From assembly GCA_044226015.1 (NCBI GenBank), contig JBGAHS010000006.1, positions 32,001-96,000 of the forward strand: DNA of 64,000 nt, read 5' to 3'. The translations under genes were made by a program, and so were the position numbers. Every line of letters begins with the position of its first letter. Within the stretch, counting starts at the first letter, position 1. Origin of the DNA: Candidatus Obscuribacteraceae bacterium (GTDB lineage Bacteria; Cyanobacteriota; Vampirovibrionia; Obscuribacterales; Obscuribacteraceae). Positions 30,001 through 39,000 of the stretch are shown here, in pieces. The notes beneath the pieces were generated by a model. It worked only from the letters and a program-made list of their open reading frames with translations, did not search any database and was not told where the DNA came from.

Positions 30001-33000
30001 CTGGCGCAGATTCTGGCAAATTTAGCCTCACTAGCAGCAAAGGTAATATCATTCTGCAAGGTGATGTAACCATATATGCAGGTGGCTCGAACGCAGGCTC
30101 GTCCGGAGCCGGCGGAGCAGGAGGCGCGAGTGCTAGCGGCAATGGTGGTAATGGTGGTAACGGTGGCTCTACTGCTGTTAGCGCTGGTTTAGGAGGAAAC
30201 ATTACGATAAGCTCGAGCACGGCTACTCTGCTGAGTTCTGGCGGCGGACTTGCATTCTTCAATTTTGGCGGAAGTGGCGCAAATGGTGGAAACGGTGGTG
30301 CGGGCGCTGCAGCAGGCTTGAATGCAGGGTCTAATGGTGGCAATGGTGGTGCAGGTGCATCGGGCGGCAATGCTTCTGCTGGCGGCACTGTTTCAATTAC
30401 CGTACCGACAACAAATGCTTGGCTGAGCATGAATCCCACTGCTGTTAACTTCGGACGCGGTGGAACTGGTGGTAATGGAGGCACCGCGGGCGATGCCAAT
30501 GGAGGAGCTACCGGCAATGGTGGCACTGGAGGAAGTGGCGGAAATGCAGGTTTGAGCGCTGCCGGAACATCGGTAAGTCTCATTGCCTCAAAGGGTATAA
30601 CGCTGTCTGGTGCATCCATTATTCGTGTTACGGGCGTCTCAGCTGGAGTTTCTGGCGGAAATGGTGGCGCCGGTGGCGTAGGCACCCCTGCTGGTGGCGA
30701 CGGAGGTTCAGGAGGTTCCGGTGGTTCAGGTTCTGGTGTGGCGAGCGGCTCTCAGAACATCACGCTTAGTTCTAGTTCTGGATCTATAAATCTGAATGAT
30801 GCGAGCTTGATCAATTTTGCTCCTAATGCTGGAAATGGCGGAAACGGTGGAACAGGCAGAAGCACGTTGAACGGTTCTGGCGGTGCAGGTGGAAATGGCG
30901 GAGCCGGTGCTAATGCCAACTCAACTAGCTACGGCTCAATAAGTATCACTGCTGGCAAAGACATAACGATGTATAGCAACGCTTCATTGTTTGCCGGAGG
31001 CGGCAACGGCGGTGCGGGCGGAAATGGCGCAAATTCTGGTAATGACGCGGGACTTTCTCCTGGTTCGGTGGGCGTGGCAGGAGGACAGGGCGGCGCGGGC
31101 GGCAATGGCGGAGTCTCGGGCACCGTGTCTATCATTTCGACAGGCGGCTCGATCAACATGAATTTGGATCAGTCTTCTAGCGGAGCTGGTTCGATTCAAG
31201 TTTCAGGCGGTAACGGAGGCGCAAATGGTTCCTCAGGGTCTGGGGGGTCAGGTACAGTTTTGGGTGGCGACGGTGGAAATACACTTTCGTCCGGGAATGG
31301 TGCCGCGCCCTTTAGCAGCGCTACGATCAACACGATAACCCTTAAGGCAAGTAAAACTATTACACTTGGGTCCATAACATCGGCGGGCGGTAACGGCGGC
31401 TCTGCACAAGCTTCAGTGGGCGTAGGTGGCAACGTTGGAATAGCCTCTGGTGTTGGCGGGCACGGTGGAAATGCTGGCTTAGCCGGCGCTGGAGGCGCCG
31501 GGGGAAAACTCTCCATAATTGCAAGTGGTGATATCTTTCCGGCTGCAAACTCCCCTACTATTAACGTTGGCGGCGGAACAGGCGGACTTCAAGGAAGCGG
31601 CGCTAATGGCGGTTTTGGTGGTGGTGGAGTCAGCGGGACTGGGACTGGTGGAGATGGTGGCGATGCTGGTTTGGGACAAGATGGCGGACAGGGTGGTTCG
31701 ATAACAATACAGTCCGGTGGCAAGCTTGGAACCAGCAGTGCTTACTTCCTCAACTTAATTGCCAATGGTGGTAACGGAAATCCAGGTGCGATAAGTGTAA
31801 CTGGAGGCAACGGAAAAGATGGCGGACTGATAGCTGGCGCGGGCGGTTCGCTTTTCAGCAATCTGAAGAATGTGACAGGGCAAGGTGGTGCCGGCGGCAC
31901 AATCATTGTGACTGGCAAGGAGATCTCGCGAGTTAATATTTCAGCTATAGGCGGAGATGGCGGCTCGGTCAACGCCGCTGGGGGCAACGGTGGTGCTCAG
32001 ACTAATACTAGTGCGTTGTCAGTGCATGGCGGTGATGCTGGACGCGTTGGTACACTCGGCGCTGGTGGTGCTGGTGGTACTGTCTCAGTAACAGCAACTG
32101 CTGGAGGTCTTCTTTCTGGTGCACTGAATGTGCGTGGTGGTAACGGAGGTTCGGCTGGCAACAACACTACAGGTGGTACTGGCGGCGTGGGTAATGTGCT
32201 GGGTGGTTCCGGCGGCGATATGGGAGTCACAGGCAGCGGCGGTGCTGGCGGGAGTGTAAATGTCAGCGTGACTACTGGAACGCTTGATATGAACGGTCAA
32301 AACATTACTGCTGTTGGAGGTAACAGTGGAACTGCTCGTGGAAGTGGAGGCACCGGTGGTGCTTCTCTGCAGGGAAGTGGTGGTCAGGGCGGTGATGCTC
32401 AAGGTTCAGGTTCCGGTGGCAGCGGTGGTACTGTGACATTGAAGTCCACAACTGGTGCGATGGTTCTTTATGGAATCAATGCCAGTGGCGGTTCAGTTTC
32501 GAACTCCGTCGCAATATCTGGTGGTACTGGCGGTGCAGCGACCACTACAGGCACTGTTGGTGGAACAAATTTCGGGGGCGCTGGTGGCAATCTTGGAGTA
32601 CTCGGAGACGGTGGTAAAGGTGGGCAAATTTCAATAAGTTCTACCGGTGGGACAGGAGCAATAAGAGTTCTTAACCTTATAAACTCCGATGGAGGCAATG
32701 CTGGCTCTCATACTTCCGTGCTTCCGGGCGCTGGTGGCGTTGACAATGACGCACTCGGTACAGCTGGTGCTACTGGTTCTTTCACGAATGGAGGAACAGG
32801 CGGAGCTGCTGGGTCTATAAGCATCAATTCTGGACAGAATGTCATCTTGTCTAACAACATATCCTTCACCTTACTTGGTGGCTCAGGCGCTTCGCTTGCT
32901 TCTGCCCCTGTTCTTGCAGGTGGGGTTGGCACTGTAGGTGGTAGCGGCTCAGACGCTTCCTCTCTACACGGCGGAGCAGGAGGTGCAGGTGGGACGTTTA

Positions 33001-36000
33001 CCCTTGTAGCGACGACCAAAAACTTTGATCTTGCCGGAACAATAAGCAATAATGGCGGCTCAGGTGGTAGCGCTCCAGGGGGCACCGCAGGTGGTGGTAA
33101 TACTGGTGCTAGCTCATCTCTAATTGGAGGTAATGGTGGCTCAGGAGGCGTTGGAGGCGATGGTGCTAACGCTGGTACTATCACAATCAACGTAAATTCA
33201 TTGACTGGTGCCGGACAGATAAATAGCCTCGGTAGCACTAACGGTTCCGCTGGAGCTGGTGGCGTTGGCGGTGCATTGCCGAATTCCACTGGCAGCTCCG
33301 GCAATGGCGGGAATGCAGGAAATGCTGGTAAAGCAGGAAATGGCGGGGGCGTTGTAATCAATGTAAAAGCAGCATCGACCCTTCCGACAATGAACCTGAA
33401 TGGCGGAGGGCTAAGCACCGCGCCCGCAGGAGCTCTTGCTGGCGCGGTTCTGGCAGGAGGTACTGCGGGGTCCGGAGGCAATGGTGGAAACGCTGGTACG
33501 AGTGGTAATGGAGGAACCCTGACTGCTAGCTCCAGTTCTGGGGTGATTTATTTGTCCAGGTCCATCTCAGCAAACGCTGGTGGGACAGCTATTGGGGGTA
33601 GTGGTGCAAGTGGGCTCGTCGCGGACATCGTCGGTGCGGCTGGTAATGGTGGTGCCGGTGGTTCGGGTGGTAATGGCGGAAGTCTTACAGTATCGGCTGT
33701 CGGTGGAATAGTCCTGCAAAACACAGGGAACCCTCTAACTGCCAATGGCGGCAATGGGCAAACAGGTGGAGCGGGAGGCAACGATGGAACTGCCGCGTTT
33801 ATGCCATTTGCAACAGGTGGTGCAGCCGGACTGGGTGGAATTGGAGGAAACGGGGGCACCATCTCTCTGAGCTCAAGCAATGGTGGATTGAGTTCTGCCG
33901 TTGGAGCGGCATTCAATGCTACTGGCGGAGCTGGTGGTGCTGGTGGTGCTGGCGGTGCTGGCGGTAATTCAACTGCATCTTTCGGAGGTGCTGGTGCTGT
34001 TGGAGGAAAAGCTGGCTCCGGAGGCGCGGGTGGTGTGGTCTCCCTTACCTTTAATAAAGGAACGATAAGCAGCAGCAATGGATTGAGCAATGGTCTGTTT
34101 GCAATAAGCACAAACGTTTCAGGTGGACAGGGCGGACTTGGTGGCACTGGAGCTGGAGGCGGTACCGGTGTTCTATCGTCCGGTAACAGTGGCGCCGGAG
34201 GAGATGGGGGCGCCGGTGGTGCAGGAGGCGCAGGTGGTTCGCTGCTCATAAGCGCGAATGCCATAAACTTGTTTACTGGTTCTACAATTGGTGGCGGTAA
34301 TGGTGGAAATGGAGGAACTCCTGGTTTCGGAGCTGTTCTTTCGCCTTCCGCTGGCTTTGCTGATGGCTCAAGCGGAGGAAACGGAGGTAGTGGTGGCGTT
34401 GGCGGTGCCGCAGGTTCTGCGAAAATCAGTGCGACGGTCCAACTCACAATGTCCTACAATTCTACTATAAACGGAAACGGTGGTAGCGGCGGGAATGGAG
34501 CCAATGGTGGTGGCTCTACTTCATCTGGAACTTCCGGCACAGGTGGCACCGGCGGTAGTGGTGGAAATGGTGGAGCCGGCGGCAATGGCGCCAGTTCGAT
34601 AGAGTTAACAGTTTCCAAAGGAAATTTAGACCTCGGGTCTAGCAGCACATTTGGTTCAGCTACTATTAATGCAGTAGGGGGTGGATCGGGGTTCGCTGGC
34701 GGCGGTGCAAATGGCGCTAGTGGTACTGCTGGAGGTGGCAAGGGCGGTAATGTAGGCAGCATCTTTGCTGCTGGGTCTGGAGGAAGTATAAAACTCACTG
34801 CTTCTGGAACAGTAACCGTAGCCGCGCTGTCAGCTGCCGGTGGCAACGCCGGGATTGCTAACGCTGTGGCTGGCGCTGGAGGCAAAGCAACTGGAATCGT
34901 AGGTCTAGGAAACGGAGGAGACGGCGGAAATGGTGGCATTACTGGAGCTGCCGGAAATGGCGGAAGCATCCTTATTAGCTCAAGCTCTTCAAACATAGCC
35001 GTTTCGCAAAACTCTTTTAACCCGACTATATCTGTAAATGGTGGTATTTCCCAAAACAACTTATCCTTCGCTGGTGGTGCTGGAGGCGACTCAAGCTCTG
35101 TTACGACTTCCGTGGGTGGAAGTGCTGGTGCCGGTGCTGTTGGAGGAAAAGGTGGTTCTGGTGGTGCTTTGACTATCAGTGCTGTGAAGGGAAACCTGGT
35201 TGGACCATTCACTTTCTCAGCCCAAGGAAGTTCAGGGACAAGTGGCACAGGCAACGGTGGAGCTGGCGGTAACGGCTACCTCACCGGCGGAGCCGGTGGA
35301 ACAGGCAATTCTGCAGGCAACGGAGGGGATGGTGGAACTGTCTCAATAACGTCTCTAGGCGTCAGTCAGCTCAGCATCAATGCTTCGGGTGGCAGTGGTG
35401 GCACTATGCAAGGTTCTGGTGGTGCTGGTGGCAAGCAGACCGGCTCTCCTACTAGCGGTGGAGCTGGTGGGATAGGAGGAGCTGTGGGAGCATCCGGCAC
35501 TGGAGGAAAGGGTGGAAGCATATCAGTAAGTGTGGGAGCAAAAGGGCTGACTTTGTTGTCCGGTGGCAGCCTCAGCGCTACTGGAGGCGCTGGGGGCAGT
35601 CTCACAGGCAGTGGTGGTAATGGGGGCAGCGCTATAGACGGAGCTGGCGGCGGTGGAGGAGATGCAGGAACCATTGGGGCTGGCGGTGATGGTGGCAGCA
35701 TAACCGTAAGTGCCAATGGCACAGGTTCGATCGATCTCTCGCCGATTGCTGTTACGGCACGGGGCGGGAATTCGGGAACAGCAGTCGTGAATGGTGGTAA
35801 TGGAGGCTCATCAGTCAACGGTGCTGGTGGTTCAGGTGGAAATTCACCAATCTATCTCTCCAATTCTGGGTCGGGTGGTTCTGGTGGAAAGGGAGGTTCA
35901 ATCTCCCTGAATACTGTAACTGGAAAAATCACTGTAAATAGTCTTGTAGCTGATGGAGGTATTCTTATTGGATTAGCTTCTGGTAACGCTGGTAACGGTG

Positions 36001-39000
36001 GAGCCGGTGCCACATCAGGCGGGGCAGGTGGCTCTGTCGGCAATTTTGGCACAGCTGGACAAGGTGGCAATATCTTGCTCAACTCAAGCGGCACTGCCAC
36101 CACTGGCGGAGCGATTACTGTTCAGGGGGCTGTGAGTGCTAGTGGAGGCAGTGCAGGCGGAATTAACTTCGCCTCGGGTTCGGGAGGCAACGGTTCTTCG
36201 GGAGGTGCTGCAGGTACTTTTGCTAATCTTCCAGGTGGAGCAAGTGCTTCGAGCAGTTCGACAAGTCCAGCCATTAAATTATTAACAGCAGGACCGATTA
36301 GCCTCTCTGCTGCTGCTTCGCTAAATGCGGATGGTGGGTCAGGTGGAAGTTCAAATGTTAGTGTCGGAAATGCTGGCAACAGCTCAGGAACCTTAGGTGT
36401 AGCAGGTGGCAACGCTGCTTTGTTTGCAGGCTCTGGTGGTACGGGTGGGCTTATAAGCATCAGCTCTAAGTCTGCATTCAGTACCAATGGCTCTATAAGT
36501 GCCGTAGGAGGAAATGCTGGGGCTGGAGGTTCGGGTGGTGCTGGCGGAACGGCTGCTACCGTGGCTGGTCTAGGAGGTCAAGGCGGCTCTGGGACCACTG
36601 GTGGCGCAGGTGGTGCTGGCGGATCTGTGACCGTCTCTGCTTTGAGCATTAGTGACTACCGCAACTTGAACAATATAGGTATCAGTACCTCTGGCGGCAG
36701 TGCCAGTAACGGTGGAAACGGTGGACAGGGCGGATCTGGTGAGATAGGTGGAGCCGGTGGTGCGGCAGGAAATGGCGGGTCTGGTGGCAGCGCTGGTCAA
36801 ATAATCTTGCTTTCGACAGGCACAAAGACAAGCGGATTTATTAACTTCACTAACAATTTCTTTGTGACGGCTGCCGGAGCTACCGGAGCGAGCGGAGGCA
36901 TTGGCGGAGCCGGTGGCGATGGAAGTAAATTGGCAGGAATCGGCGGTAACGGTGGTAGTGGTGGCGCAGGTGGTGCTGGTGCTACTGGAAGTCTGCCGGG
37001 CACATCGGGTATATCCGTTACCTCCACAGGAGCTATTACAATAAGTGCTCAGTTCTCGGCAAGTGGAGCCAATGGTGGCTCAGCTGGTAAAGGTGCTTCG
37101 GGCGGTAATGTAACAAGTGCCGCAGTGAGTACTGCCGTAGCCGGGGCTGGAGGCAATTCCGGTTCCGCCGGAGCTGGCGGCAACGCTGGAAGCATTTCAT
37201 TCAGCAGTTCGCAATCAAATATAAGTACCTATGCACGTTCGGGTCTTGTACTTAGCGCAACAGGCGGAAATGCAGGAAATGGTGCAAATGCTGGTAACGG
37301 AGGTTCGGTAACAGATCTTGTTCTGGGTACCTCGGGAATAGGTGGTGCTGGCGGGTTCGCGGGGGCTGCTGCCAGCGGTGGCAAAGGAGGAACCATCTCG
37401 CTGAGTGCTCCGTTAGGAACAATATCAAGTGGCACTAGTGGAAATGCGCTGCTTAATGCAAGCGGTGGTTCTGCAACTAACAATGGTTATGGAGGTGGAA
37501 ATGGAGGCACTGGTGCCTTAGTCGGTGGAAGTGGCGCTGACTCATCTGCTGCTGCATCGGCTAACGGTGGTGATGGTGGCACGGTCTCAATTTCAGCATT
37601 GACTCCTTCGCTCTCGGTCCTCAACATGCCTGGCATTACAGCTAACGGTGGCAATGGATCTCGCGGGGCTGTCGGTGGGCTGGGCGCTAACGGTACTTCG
37701 GCGACTGCCGGCGGAGGAGCTGGTGGAAGTGGCGGCAATGGTGGTTCTGGCGGGAAAGGTGGTGCCATAAGCATCGCAATCAGCACCGGTCAATTGACCT
37801 TCAGCCCAGGAGCTACCCTGAGTGCTACAGGTGGCGCAGGCGGTGGCTCTGGAAATGGCTCCAACGCAGGTTCTGCCGGTGCCAGCAGCACCAGCACGGC
37901 AGACGGCGGAAACTCTGGTAATGCTGGTTCTGGGGGACAGGGCGGAAGCATAGGTATCTCAAGTACAACTGGCAGTCTTAGCTTACCTCTACTTAGTGTC
38001 ACAGGTGGAAATGGTGCTGACTCCTCTGCAGCAGGGGCGGGTAACAATGGAGGAAAAGGAGGCAACGCTGGAGCTTCTGCTAATGGCGGTAACGCTGGTG
38101 CCATTCAACTGACTAGCACGGCAGGTTCGATTAGCTTCTCTGCTCTTGCAACTGGAGGCGTCGCTGGTTCCAACGCAGCAGGAGCCAATGGTGGTTCAAG
38201 CAACTCCATAGCTGCTGGCAATGGTGGAAATGGTTCTGCTGGAGGTGCTGGTGGCAACGGTGGAACTGTCACTGTTAGCACAGGCAAGAATACAATCACA
38301 ATTAACTCATTAGACATCTCCGGTGGTTTTGGCAGCGCTGGTGGTGTAGGTGGTAATGGTGGCATCAGCGCTAGCGCCCAAAGTGGCAACGGCGGAAATG
38401 GTGGCAACGGCGGTATCGGTGGTAGCGCAGGAAAAAGCACCATTACATCAGCTACGCAAATTAGCCTGCTCGCCTTGCCATCTGCTAAAGGCGGAAGTGG
38501 AGGCGTCGGTGCTAATGGTGGAAATGGTGGAGTCGGTGTTCTGCCAGGAAATAATGGAGTTGGTGGCAGCGGAGCAAACGGCGGAAATGGTGGCAACATT
38601 ACATTGACCGCACCAAGCGTACTGCCGCCTGCCGTCTCAATTCCGTCCACGCAAGTTTCCGGTGGCACCGGAGGCACAGGACCCAGCGGGAACGGTAGCG
38701 CTGGAACAAATGGAAGCATTACATTACTTGATGATGGCGATTCTGACCTGAACTCGCAGAGAAACTCAAAGCCAAAAATTGCTGAATCTCAAAGCAGCGA
38801 TGCTCAAGGTTCACAGCAGCATGAGGTGTACAAGCCTGTGGCATTTGTTCAAAACGTATTGCGTTTTGCACAGCAAGACCTCCAGGCATCAAATATCTTG
38901 CTTGCTCCAAGCAAGCGCGCCGCTAGTGTCAAATGTGGAGACCTTTTGATTACTGTTGCAAAAGGTGCAGCAGCATTCGTTCTGGACAACGGTGAGAACA

